Below, in pieces: positions 63,581-64,000 of a DNA stretch of 64,000 bases. How positions within the stretch are numbered: the stretch's first letter is position 1; every line of letters starts with the position of its first letter. Origin of the DNA: Geosiphon pyriformis uo1 (taxonomy: Eukaryota; Fungi; Glomeromycota); assembly GCA_016748015.1 (NCBI GenBank), contig JAAOMT010000446.1, positions 200,758 to 264,757 on the forward strand, in the 5' to 3' direction. The notes beneath the pieces are model-generated. The model was not told the DNA's origin. It ran no database searches and worked only from the letters and a program-made list of their open reading frames with translations. Both the position numbers and the translations under genes were made by a program.

Positions 63581-64000
63581 TGTTACAGGTAAACTTGGTG
63601 GGTATGGGAAATGGTAATGTTTGGTGCTCTCAATTATTGATGACATGTCTTCCATGTAATTCTGTTGGCTTAGTCTTGATTATCAGTCTCTAAAGATCTA
63701 TTCCTGGATGTGAATTTACCTGTCGAGTTCTTTGGTTATAAGGCACAGAGTTTGTCTTTTGTCAATTGTAATATTTTTTGTAAATGTGAGCTCTCTTCTC
63801 TGAACTAACGAGTGCAGTTATTAGAGTCTGGTGTTGTCTTTTCACCCTTCTGGTAAGCTAATAAGATAAAGTTAATATCCAAAACTTAGGAAGAGCTTCC
63901 CTCTTTTACCAGGCTATCACGAAGTCTATTTCCAGACAGTCAATTTTACTATGTTGCTGCTTCACAAAAATAAGACAGAAAAAAAAAAAAAAAAAAAAAA
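63581..64000 (-). mobile_element. LTR of family E (younger copy), truncated by the window end, inserted in the LINE-3 RT
   Basis: Abrupt start tgttacaggtaaac in the middle of RT; homologous to the reverse complement of 59400-59805. Confidence 0.8.

Noticed and set aside
63980-64000. Terminal A run as a LINE poly(A) tail
   Set aside because: It corresponds to the T-rich tract inside the family-E LTR (59370-59400).

Overview
AT-rich, CpG-depleted eukaryotic DNA made almost entirely of nested, decayed retrotransposons separated by very AT-rich spacers. It is most likely fungal; from memory the polyproteins resemble Glomeromycotina (Geosiphon-like) TE proteins, which I have not verified. No host gene, tRNA, rRNA or CRISPR can be supported. 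Layout: LINE-1 (+, 5'-truncated, ~7690-28962) is split by full-length Ty3/Gypsy element A (-, 8647-28368), which is itself split by a same-family full-length element B (-, 14163-24030). A CpG-rich palindrome and CACGTG cluster lies at ~29440-29650. Near-full-length LINE-2 (+, ~30532-39382; ORF1, then APE-RT-RNaseH-Zn ORF2) carries two solo LTRs. Old Gypsy D (-, ~40780-58813) is split by full-length Gypsy C (-, 43533-54217, with a solo LTR inside) and is capped by a solo LTR of family E (58814-59805). LINE-3 (-, ~61090-63580) is split by another family-E LTR that runs off the window. The main point of interest is that three divergent Gypsy families share an unusual three-ORF layout: (1) one frame encoding an N-terminal extension, Gag, protease, a Cys-rich domain, dUTPase, RT and RNase H, ending in a conserved stop; (2) integrase as a separate ORF with its own ATG and a conserved C-terminal LEPIV(V/L)IE motif; (3) a conserved ~240-aa non-Env ORF3 ending at the PPT. 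All 4-bp target sites are centred on CG, TG or CA and lie inside other TEs.
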